The notes under the pieces: generated by a model | What the model was told of the DNA's origin: nothing | The model's input: only the letters and a program-made list of their open reading frames with translations | Databases searched by the model: none | Made by a program: the position numbers and the translations under genes | Shown here: one piece after another, positions 10,447 through 18,948 of the stretch | Layout of the letters: every line of letters starts with the position of its first letter | How positions within the stretch are numbered: position 1 is the first letter of the stretch | From: Candidatus Hadarchaeota archaeon | GTDB taxonomy: Archaea; CAYQAE01; CAYVLA01 | Direction: 5' to 3' | Assembly (NCBI GenBank): GCA_964621445.1 | Contig: CAZUNO010000003.1 | Location: forward strand, 96,001 to 160,000 | Length of the DNA stretch: 64,000 nt

Positions 10447-12808
10447 ACATGAACGCCTCCACGGGCTCCATTTGCGCTGCCCGTCTTGAAGGATAGATTC
10501 CTGCAATAACCGCAACTAACACAGCGAGTCCAATTCCGGATATCCATCCGAGTACCATCGTAGGCATAGGCAGAGTTAGTCCCTGCCTCGTGAAGAAGAA
10601 TGCTAATGAAGTAACCGTTCCTAGGATGCACCCCAGCATACCTCCAAGTGCGCCAATTATCCCGGCCTCGGAAAGAAAGACCTTCATTACCTCTCCAGGT
10701 GTCGCTCCCACGGCCACCATTATCCCGATCTCCTTGGTCCTCTCCAGAACCGATGTCAGCATGGCGTTAGTTATTCCCAGAGCGCCGACGACTATGGCGA
10801 ATACAACGACCTGAAGTTGATATGATGCTATATCATATCCTGGCGAAAGTTGTCTCTGGAAAGCCGAAATCACCAGCAAATTCACTAGCATTCCAATACC
10901 AACGGTGATCCCCAGCGATGTCAGAAGACTCCTAAGCTTCCTCTTCCCCAAGTTCCTCGCCGCCATAGAGGCGTAATACGAACTCTTCACCATCCGGGAA
11001 ATAGATCCGAATACCCGGCCCTCGTTGGGACTTATTGCCCACTCTCCCGCGATCGCCTTTCTAGGCTCCAGTGACCCCGCCAACCTGGCTGGGAAAACGC
11101 CTGCTGCTACACTGACAAAGGTACCGATTGAAACCGATGCCATAATCCATAATGGGTTTATCTTTAGAGCGATGTCGGGAATGAAGGAGATAAACTGGGT
11201 CCCGGCTGAAAGCAGCAGACCGGTGAGATATCCTCCAATTCCCCCAATGAGCCCTATGATCAGCAGTTCGAATATATACATATCCATAATATGCCAGACC
11301 TCGGCGCCCATGGCACCCATGATGCCCACCTCTCGAACCCGTTCATAAATTGACAGCACGGTCGCATTCATCACCACGATGACTGCCACGGCCAGGGTAA
11401 TTAGAACGGACTGCATATGGGCGAGTTCCGTGGTCTTCACCTGGGCGGCCACGATCCTCTTTCCACCCTCGGTGGTGACCACCATTTTGGGTATCTCGGT
11501 GTTCATATCAGCCTTGCTGGCCACGTTCTCCGCTAGTTCGGCCGTATTCTTAACCCGGGCTATGTTATCGTCATCCGGGAAATTGACCTGAACCACCGCT
11601 TCCTGAACAACTTCCTTTGGGAAGGAGATTATCTCCTTCGCCGCCCTGTAATGGACATATATGTTCTTATTATCCTTTTTTCTGGGCGAGGCAAAAACTC
11701 CGACAACTCTCAGAAACGAATCTCTCACCACTGCTCCTCCCAGACCTCCCTCGGTTCCCCGGGAAAGTAGAATGAGATCACCGTCATCAGGTCCCACCTC
11801 GCCAATCCTCAGGTCGTTTGCAATCTCGACTCCTATGATGGCCGGATATACCGGTATATCGTTATAATCATCCTGTTTCCATTCCTCTTGGTCCAAGTAC
11901 TCCCCATTATCAATTACTAGCTCAATCTTTTGTCCACTGACCTCAGGAGAATAGCTGAACCAGAGGCGATACTGCAAAGTAACCTCTTCGGTTTCCTCAT
12001 CATATTCCTTGACCTTGACCTCAAGGTTGTATTGTCTATATTCCCTGTATTTCAGGTTGGGTATCTGTGTAAAACTATCATCCGTTATCTTGAACTCCTC
12101 GATATCCATAGATTTCAGTGGTGCTCCGGCCTCTCCATAAACACGTAGGCCGAACTCCCCCTCCGGCTCCGAGGGGATTACCATAAAGCTTAGTTCCGCA
12201 TTAAAACCATGAGTTACCTTCTCTTCAAGCCCGCCCGTGACCTCCAGAAGGCGGTCCTTTCCTCTAATTATGGAGCGGTTTAGGTTCTCCAAGGGGTCCC
12301 AGTAGGGAATTCCCGTGGTCTGGTTTACTCTCGGAGACCTTATCTTAGCCTCTGCCTCAGGGTCTATGCCTATTAGATTGATGAAACCGGGATAATCAGT
12401 TACCGGCATATTACTAATCGAGGGATGCTGAATTGTAAACCTCTCCCCGAACTTTCTAAGCAGGAGTTGTTCCCCGTTATCATCCGGGGTACCTATCCTA
12501 ACCGCCACTACATCGACCCTATCGTCGGCCTTTAAATCCTCAACCAGTTCTAGGGGCACCCGCCCAAGCCTAATACCTGACCTAACCCACTTGTTTGCTT
12601 CCACTACCAGGAAATCTCCGAAAAAGGGAAATGGCTGTCTTCCTGAGTGAAAACTCGTAATCTGAGCACTTATGGTGTCCTCGACGGAGACGATCACCAC
12701 AAAGCAGGCTATTGCTAAAATGACGCTCAGTATGGTAATTACGGAGCGGATACGCCTTCGTCTAAAGTTCTTCCAGGCTATTCGAAACATTGGGTTTTCT
12801 AGAACCAC
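10436..12808 (-). CDS. FtsX/MacB-type ABC permease with two permease units and one large extracellular domain
   Basis: AWKNFRRRRIRS and ARNLGKRKLRS amphipathic starts, two ER.(R/K)E(V/I)GIM.A.GA motifs, two P(A/S)R.A..(L/M)EP ends. Confidence 0.9.
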   Translation of the reverse strand: MVLENPMFRIAWKNFRRRRIRSVITILSVILAIACFVVIVSVEDTISAQITSFHSGRQPFPFFGDFLVVEANKWVRSGIRLGRVPLELVEDLKADDRVDVVAVRIGTPDDNGEQLLLRKFGERFTIQHPSISNMPVTDYPGFINLIGIDPEAEAKIRSPRVNQTTGIPYWDPLENLNRSIIRGKDRLLEVTGGLEEKVTHGFNAELSFMVIPSEPEGEFGLRVYGEAGAPLKSMDIEEFKITDDSFTQIPNLKYREYRQYNLEVKVKEYDEETEEVTLQYRLWFSYSPEVSGQKIELVIDNGEYLDQEEWKQDDYNDIPVYPAIIGVEIANDLRIGEVGPDDGDLILLSRGTEGGLGGAVVRDSFLRVVGVFASPRKKDNKNIYVHYRAAKEIISFPKEVVQEAVVQVNFPDDDNIARVKNTAELAENVASKADMNTEIPKMVVTTEGGKRIVAAQVKTTELAHMQSVLITLAVAVIVVMNATVLSIYERVREVGIMGAMGAEVWHIMDMYIFELLIIGLIGGIGGYLTGLLLSAGTQFISFIPDIALKINPLWIMASVSIGTFVSVAAGVFPARLAGSLEPRKAIAGEWAISPNEGRVFGSISRMVKSSYYASMAARNLGKRKLRSLLTSLGITVGIGMLVNLLVISAFQRQLSPGYDIASYQLQVVVFAIVVGALGITNAMLTSVLERTKEIGIMVAVGATPGEVMKVFLSEAGIIGALGGMLGCILGTVTSLAFFFTRQGLTLPMPTMVLGWISGIGLAVLVAVIAGIYPSRRAAQMEPVEAFMYEW

Positions 12809-12832
12809 GAGCTCCCACTCCTTTTTAGGAGT

Positions 12833-12934
12833 CTAACCTCTAACGTAGGCCAGATAACCGATGACCAGGATTATCAATACCCATATTATTATCAGGATGG
12901 TATTGAAGCCGGAAACCATTTGTGTAAGTACCAA
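12833..12934 (-). CDS. 33-aa single-TM microprotein (not in ORF track)
   Basis: TTG start after GGAGGG; MVLTQMVSGFNTILIIIWVLIILVIGYLAYVRG*; fills an operon gap. Confidence 0.55.
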   Translation of the reverse strand: MVLTQMVSGFNTILIIIWVLIILVIGYLAYVRG

Positions 12935-12946
12935 TTCATTGCCCTC

Positions 12947-13078
12947 CTATTCTCCCCAAAGATAGCCCCAGAGTATGATGTACAGGTGAAAGAACCCATA
13001 TGACAAAAGCAAGATGAAGAATATCTTGGAGGCGACTTTAATCTCGGCCGGACCACCGACTTGTGTTAACGGTATCAT
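12947..13078 (-). CDS. 43-aa single-TM microprotein (not in ORF track)
   Basis: ATG after GAGGAG; MIPLTQVGGPAEIKVASKIFFILLLSYGFFHLYIILWGYLWGE*. Confidence 0.65.
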   Translation of the reverse strand: MIPLTQVGGPAEIKVASKIFFILLLSYGFFHLYIILWGYLWGE

Positions 13079-13091
13079 TATGACACTCCTC

Positions 13092-13295
13092 CTACTCTTC
13101 CTCCAAGCTTTCTCGTACCTTTTGTTCGTAATACCGCTGCTTCATCCTCCGCTCATCATACCAGAAGATGAGCACTCCCACTAGGGCGAGTACCACCACC
13201 GCAAGCATCAACAAAAGGTCCATCCATAGGAAACGGGTCCCAGTAAAGATGGGCTTGCGCATCGCGGGCAATAATCGCGTGATGACGCTTATCAT
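13092..13295 (-). CDS. Small single-TM membrane protein
   Basis: One long hydrophobic helix and a charged tail; co-oriented within the operon. Confidence 0.65.
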   Translation of the reverse strand: MISVITRLLPAMRKPIFTGTRFLWMDLLLMLAVVVLALVGVLIFWYDERRMKQRYYEQKVRESLEEE

Positions 13296-13308
13296 ATTCT
13301 ATCGCCTC

Positions 13309-14109
13309 TTACCACAATTCTCCTCTCTCTGCCTTTTCTTTCAACCGGTTCATCATATCAACGGTCAGGTAAAGGAATACCACGACCAGAACTCCAATGA
13401 CCAGGAACGCAGTTACACCCCAACCTGGCTTACCAAAAAGAACCGAAAACTCCCCTTGTTCCGGGATATTAGATGTTATGTGCCATAGAATTGCTACTCT
13501 ACCCGTTGCGGGGTCATATGACTTTCGGCCGTTGAGCGTCGGGTCCCAGTCCTTTGGTACATAATCCAGGGGCGGGAAGACCTTTACCATAAGCTCCACA
13601 ACATTGGCCTCGAATATGGGTGTGTCGAAATCAATCCGGGTATTATCGCCCGTTCTTCCCAAAACCTGGTCTCCAAGGGTCTTTTCCCCGACCCTGGAAA
13701 TACCCTCTTCGGCCGGAAGGTCATAGATGTAGTACTTCATTATTATGACGAAGTCGTCTCCAGCGTAAATCTTCTCGGGCAGGGTGATCTCGATTATCGT
13801 CTCGTTATCGCTCTGAATAATTCTCTTCGGTATTACCTTGGCAGCCGTGGTCTGAACCTGGGTATCGTTGGCATTGGGCATTTCGACCTCCCCGTAGGGC
13901 AGGGTTACGTTGATCTTTTCAACAAACCCCTCGAAGGCGTAAAGGGTTATCGCCTGAGAAACGAAAACTTGCCCTCCTCCCTCGTAGACCGTAATCTCAA
14001 AAGACTGAGTCGGATAGTAATAACTAACGGCTGACGCATTCTGAATCAGGAAAACGCTGACCAGAACTATGAAGATACACCCTGAAAGCTTTGAACCCTT
14101 GCCCATCAT
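13309..14109 (-). CDS. Secreted, C-terminally membrane-anchored beta-rich protein; first gene of the ABC operon
   Basis: Signal peptide ending in ASA, beta-strand-rich body with N-x-T sequons, C-terminal TM plus basic tail; AGGAGG SD. Confidence 0.75.
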   Translation of the reverse strand: MMGKGSKLSGCIFIVLVSVFLIQNASAVSYYYPTQSFEITVYEGGGQVFVSQAITLYAFEGFVEKINVTLPYGEVEMPNANDTQVQTTAAKVIPKRIIQSDNETIIEITLPEKIYAGDDFVIIMKYYIYDLPAEEGISRVGEKTLGDQVLGRTGDNTRIDFDTPIFEANVVELMVKVFPPLDYVPKDWDPTLNGRKSYDPATGRVAILWHITSNIPEQGEFSVLFGKPGWGVTAFLVIGVLVVVFLYLTVDMMNRLKEKAERGELW

Positions 14110-14288
14110 AGGAACCTCCTCAAGAATACACCCGGTTCCGGGCTACAGTTAGATGGCCGCGCATCCTGCTGAATCTATATAAATGTTTTGTGATAGCTAA
14201 AAACGGGCCGTATTAACGTTCTATAACCTAACAAGACATTAATAAGATCCTAAACGGCTAAAGATGAGCCCTTCGGAGGTTTTAGCCT

Positions 14289-15806
14289 TTGGGAAAGCCT
14301 TTCGTCGGTATTCTAATTCATCCTTGGGATGTAAAGGAGGAGGGAATCGGCAGCGTAACGGAAACGCTCTCTGGTTTTGGGATCTCGTCCGTTTTCCTGG
14401 GAGTAAATGCATCCGCCGAGGACCATCCACCGCAGCCCATCGATGCCCGGCTAACCCATAACCCTAAGAGAAAGAGGTATGTTTCGGAGGAAGGCAGGTT
14501 CTATTATGAGATTGACCCCTCCTATCACCCGAACTCAGTGGCCATGCCCAAGAGAACCTCCGATTCCGATCTAATCGGTTTCGATGTTCTGAGGGATACC
14601 GAGGATTTCTCGGAGGCCGGTCTCTCGAGATTCGCCTGGCTCACATCGCTTCACAACGGGCAGATGCTAGATGATGGACAGGAGCTTGCCCTGGTGAATA
14701 TAATAGGTGAGGCAGATAGAAACTGGATGTGCCCCAACAACCCCAACGTTGCCATAGAGCTTCTTGAACTGATAAACGAGATGCAGGGACGATACGATCT
14801 AGAAGGTGTCCTATTGGATAATTTCTGGTGGAAATACCCCCATACATTCATGCACTCGCTAGAATCGGGTATGAGTTGTTTCTGCGAGCATTGTCGCCAC
14901 AGGATGGAGATTGAGGGAATCGGCGTACGGGATGTCAAGAGGGCGCTATCACAGATATGTCGGAGGGCCAGGAGCCTTGATCAGGGGGATATCGCCAGGA
15001 TTGGAGGAGCTAAGACCGACCAATTGCTGAAAATAGTTGAACTTCCAGTGGTAGAGGGAGGCGGCTACTCGGATATATTGAACGTTCTTTTCGAGGACCC
15101 CAAGATGAGGGACCGGCTCCCGGAGCTTGCTGAAAACGATCCCCTCGGCATATTCCAGTGGTTGATGGATCATCCCGTCATACTGGATTGGCTGGAATTC
15201 AAGTCAGACGCGCTTTATAGGTTACTGGAGTCGGTTTACTCCCTTGCTAAAAGCAATGACCCCGATTTCCAAGTAGGTCTTGGTATGTGGTCTCCCCGAT
15301 CCTCGTGGAGCGTTGGCCAGAAGTATGTAAAGCTAAAGGATGCCTGCGATTGGATGATGCCCATGTTCTATCACCGGATCTGGGGATGGTATTCCACCTG
15401 TGTGGCCGAGGAGCTCTTCGAGATAATTCACCCAAAAACACCTAGCATCTTCGCTTCCTACAAGGATATCCTAACGGCCTGGTTCAAGCTTGCGGGATAC
15501 GCTGGTAGCAATCTAAGGTCAAAGATCGTTAATGGCCTTTCCTCGGATCAGATGAAAAAGGAGATAGATAGGTCGCGAGAACTGGTAGGCCCGGGGTTTC
15601 CGCTTTACGCTGGTATACAACTCTGGGAACCCGGAAGCAAGATACCTCATCCCCAGGAAGCGGCCGAGACCACGCAATTGGTTCTGGAGTCCGATGTACA
15701 GGGAATCATAGTCCAGGCCTACGGCTGGATATTCATGCCCAACCTACAGGCTTCCTCAAAGGTTCTCAAGCGATTTATCCAAACTCCGCCATCGCCTTCT
15801 CCCTGA
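14289..15806 (+). CDS. Putative glycoside-hydrolase-like TIM barrel (DUF187/GHL10-like)
   Basis: WMCPNNP, YDLEGVLLD, SCFCEHC and DWMMPMFY patterns. Confidence 0.6.
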   Translation: MGKPFVGILIHPWDVKEEGIGSVTETLSGFGISSVFLGVNASAEDHPPQPIDARLTHNPKRKRYVSEEGRFYYEIDPSYHPNSVAMPKRTSDSDLIGFDVLRDTEDFSEAGLSRFAWLTSLHNGQMLDDGQELALVNIIGEADRNWMCPNNPNVAIELLELINEMQGRYDLEGVLLDNFWWKYPHTFMHSLESGMSCFCEHCRHRMEIEGIGVRDVKRALSQICRRARSLDQGDIARIGGAKTDQLLKIVELPVVEGGGYSDILNVLFEDPKMRDRLPELAENDPLGIFQWLMDHPVILDWLEFKSDALYRLLESVYSLAKSNDPDFQVGLGMWSPRSSWSVGQKYVKLKDACDWMMPMFYHRIWGWYSTCVAEELFEIIHPKTPSIFASYKDILTAWFKLAGYAGSNLRSKIVNGLSSDQMKKEIDRSRELVGPGFPLYAGIQLWEPGSKIPHPQEAAETTQLVLESDVQGIIVQAYGWIFMPNLQASSKVLKRFIQTPPSPSP

Positions 15807-16500
15807 CGTCAGGGGGAACCTCTTCGATTTTGTCTACCTTTCCATCCTTAAGGTAGACCATTCTCTCTGAGAGATGGGCCAGGCGGGGATCGTGGGTGGT
15901 TATCACAAATGTCTGTTCCTCATCCTGATTCAGTTGTTGCATCAGGGTCACGATGGACTTCCCGGTGTTGGTGTCCAGGTTACCAGTTGGCTCATCGGCA
16001 AGAACGATAGACGGGCTGTTGGCCAGGGCCCTGGCGATTGCAACTCTCTGCTGCTCCCCTCCGCTTAGCTCGGCGGGTCGGTGATTAATCCTGTGCCCGA
16101 GCCCAACCCTTTCCAGGAGCTGACTGGCCCTATCCTTTCTCTCGTCCTCCGGCTTACCAATCAGTTCCATGGGGAGTTCAACGTTCTCCATGGCGGTGAG
16201 GGCAGGGATGAGATTGAAGAACTGGAAAATGAATCCGACTTTCTCACGTCTTATAAGGTAACTCTCATCGAAGTTGGCCGTGATGTCCTCATCATCAACA
16301 ACCACCCGGCCCTTGGACGGCCTCCCTATACCACCCATCATGTTGAGCAAGGTGGTCTTGCCGGAACCGGAGGGGCCAATTAGGCTGATCATCTCGGAAC
16401 GGTTGATTTCGATATTAACGTCGTTGAGGGCGTGCACCTCCACTTCACCAAGCATGTAGGTCTTCCATAGATTTTCGGTCCTCACCACGGCATCGGCCAA
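15775..16500 (-). CDS. ABC transporter ATP-binding protein (LolD/MacB-type)
   Basis: [34 protein letters not shown]. Confidence 0.92.
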   Translation of the reverse strand: MADAVVRTENLWKTYMLGEVEVHALNDVNIEINRSEMISLIGPSGSGKTTLLNMMGGIGRPSKGRVVVDDEDITANFDESYLIRREKVGFIFQFFNLIPALTAMENVELPMELIGKPEDERKDRASQLLERVGLGHRINHRPAELSGGEQQRVAIARALANSPSIVLADEPTGNLDTNTGKSIVTLMQQLNQDEEQTFVITTHDPRLAHLSERMVYLKDGKVDKIEEVPPDVREKAMAEFG

Positions 16501-16829
16501 TAGTAGTCCTCCGCATCTACATTAGGTTTTTCCCACATATAAATGAATTTCCAGGAAAACCGCCCGAATCAGGTTCTGGCACCCATATAACTTGAAACTA
16601 GAGGGAGCATTCAGAGAATAGCCGGAAAAGATGGCCTCAAAATACATTTGGGACTACCATCATGCCAGGATAATCCAACAAAAGGAAATCATGGTAATAC
16701 CGTTTCTCCCCCTTAGCTTGATCCCGGGTGCCGAATAGGAGTTTGACATTGGTCTCTCGGGAATAAGTCAGAAAACATTAAAAGGTCAAGGCCAAGCTCT
16801 CTTGCCATATAAGTAGAGGAGGCTAGAAC

Positions 16830-17684
16830 TTGCCGGGGCAAAAACTCATAGTGGGTATCGTAGCTATAGTCGTTTTAATGGTCGCCGCCATCTTCCTCAC
16901 TCCCATGAGGTGGTCGATACTGGGAATGAAGGGAGAGGTTGGACTGATTGGAGCTCATACAAAAGCCAGTTTTGAGGACTCATCCGAAGTTGGACTGATG
17001 AAACTACGGGACTACCTCGAGGATAACGGGTATGAAGCAAGGCAGATTCAAGCCCCAAGCGTGGTATTGGCTGATCTACAGCAGTATGATGCCGTTCTAT
17101 TCTTCTCCCCGGAATCCGAACTGGACCAAGGCGAGATAGACGCTATCCATACATACGTACAGAACGGCGGCAGTTTCCTGATAACCGGGACCGGATGGGG
17201 GGCCGGAAGAAGGAAACACGCCAACAATATAACCGAGTCATGGGGATTCCAGTTCATGAACACGAAGTGCTATGAGCCGGAGCAGGCGTATACGGATTAC
17301 GGCGTTTCGGTCAGCCAGTACACGGTGGCTGCTGATGGCCTGGTGGAAGGTAACCCAATTGCGGAAAGGATCACCTACCCCTATGTTGTTAGGAACCATT
17401 GCACTATTGAGATAACGGATCCCAGCAAGGTTAACAAGGCCCTTACCCTCTCAGGATATGCCTTTGGGGAGCACTACAGCTACCAGGACCTAATGCCCAA
17501 CGAGGACCATGGTGAACCTGTTGCCGAGGATGCCATCGTTATGGTCAATGGTGAAATCAGTAGCGGTAGAGTTGTGGGCATGGGCGGCTATGAGATGTAC
17601 ATGAACAAGTGGATAGATCAATCAGAGCCCGCCGAAAACGCAAAGTCCATGCTGTTCGTCCTGGACTGGCTGACCAACCAATAG
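16830..17684 (+). CDS. Membrane-anchored GldG/IFT52 (GIFT, DUF4350-like) domain protein
   Basis: N-terminal TM; L.QYDAVLFFSP..EIDAIHTYVQNGGSFLI, GRVVGMG and LDWL patterns. Confidence 0.65.
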   Translation: MPGQKLIVGIVAIVVLMVAAIFLTPMRWSILGMKGEVGLIGAHTKASFEDSSEVGLMKLRDYLEDNGYEARQIQAPSVVLADLQQYDAVLFFSPESELDQGEIDAIHTYVQNGGSFLITGTGWGAGRRKHANNITESWGFQFMNTKCYEPEQAYTDYGVSVSQYTVAADGLVEGNPIAERITYPYVVRNHCTIEITDPSKVNKALTLSGYAFGEHYSYQDLMPNEDHGEPVAEDAIVMVNGEISSGRVVGMGGYEMYMNKWIDQSEPAENAKSMLFVLDWLTNQ

Positions 17685-18296
17685 ATGGCCAATCCCTCTA
17701 GCGAAGGAATGTCGGTGGATAGGGTCAAGAAATACTACGACGATTCCGCAAGAAGCCTGGAGCGAAAGAAGACTAGGTGCCGATTGGATGAGCAGGAAAC
17801 CCGCTCGATACGGGACTCCCTTCCAAAAGAGGCAAACTCCCTCCTTGACGTTGGCTGCGGAAGCGGCCATCTTCTAACCGAAGCAGAAAGCGGGTTTAAG
17901 CTGGGCATAGACCTTTCAGAAGGGATGCTAAAGGTGGCACGTGAAAGAGGATGCCGATGTCCGCTGGTCCTCGCCAATGCCCGTCGCCTCCCGATAAAGA
18001 GCTCGGAATTCGAGGTCGTCGTTTGTCAGGATGTTATGGGGCACTTTTCAGAGGTAGAGGAACCGCTTCTGGAACTGGCCCGTGTCTGCAAGAGTAATGG
18101 CCTTATGGCGATAACCGTGCCCAAAAAGGGCATTATATCCAGGCTTACATCCCTTTACTGCAGGTTCTATCTTGGTGTTTACACAAGAACGTTTGGCCGG
18201 GAGGAACTCGAAAAGATATTTGAGAACGCCGGGGTTCATATAATATCAACGGAAGTCATCGGTGGTTCGATGTTCAAGGTCATCGCTACCCCGTGA
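17685..18296 (+). CDS. Class I SAM-dependent methyltransferase
   Basis: LLDVGCGSG, GIDLSEGML, LP and ARVCK.G motifs. Confidence 0.88.
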   Translation: MANPSSEGMSVDRVKKYYDDSARSLERKKTRCRLDEQETRSIRDSLPKEANSLLDVGCGSGHLLTEAESGFKLGIDLSEGMLKVARERGCRCPLVLANARRLPIKSSEFEVVVCQDVMGHFSEVEEPLLELARVCKSNGLMAITVPKKGIISRLTSLYCRFYLGVYTRTFGREELEKIFENAGVHIISTEVIGGSMFKVIATP

Positions 18297-18317
18297 GGCT
18301 CCGTAAAGGGATTACAG

Positions 18318-18944
18318 TTGAAGTTCGTACATGGCATCAATCCAAGAACCCTGAAAGGAGAGGCCCTGGCCGAGGCAAATGAACTAAAGGAGGGGTTTTT
18401 CGAACTTTGGAAGTTTCACCTTTCCCCCCGAAAGGAATTCGTGGAGGATCTAATTCTCGTTTATTATCCATTTTACCTGGTTCCGTACCAGATAAAGTGG
18501 GGGAAGGCTCCTTTCGCACCGGGAATGATGGTTGATGCCAGGTTCCGTGAGTTTTCGGTTCTTGCGGGGGTTCCACCGCGTAGCAGGATCGAAACCGACA
18601 AACTGGTCATTAAACCTACCATAGAGGAGGGAAACGCCATCAGATTCGCCGAAAGCAAGCTGAGGCAGGCCATGAAGAGGAAGAGAGCCAAGGAGATGAA
18701 GGAGAAGAAGAAGCTCTCCTCCTATGAGATAGAGGAGCTTGAACTCATCCACTGGCCCTTCTGGGTGAATAGGCTACAGGACATGTGGGGGAACTTCAGG
18801 TTCATAGCCGTGGACGGCGTTCTTAACTTCAGAGGTTACAATCGAGCCTATAGTCGTTTCTTCTCCGGCCCCCTGTACTCCATGATAGATGAACAGTTCG
18901 AAAAGGAAGGGGCCGAGATCGAGGCTGAACCCAACGCCGGGTGA
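18318..18944 (+). CDS. Hypothetical protein with an internal duplication
   Basis: Two similar segments, LVYYPFYLV..VDA and LIHWPFWV..VDG. Confidence 0.65.
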   Translation: MKFVHGINPRTLKGEALAEANELKEGFFELWKFHLSPRKEFVEDLILVYYPFYLVPYQIKWGKAPFAPGMMVDARFREFSVLAGVPPRSRIETDKLVIKPTIEEGNAIRFAESKLRQAMKRKRAKEMKEKKKLSSYEIEELELIHWPFWVNRLQDMWGNFRFIAVDGVLNFRGYNRAYSRFFSGPLYSMIDEQFEKEGAEIEAEPNAG

Positions 18945-18948
18945 AATA

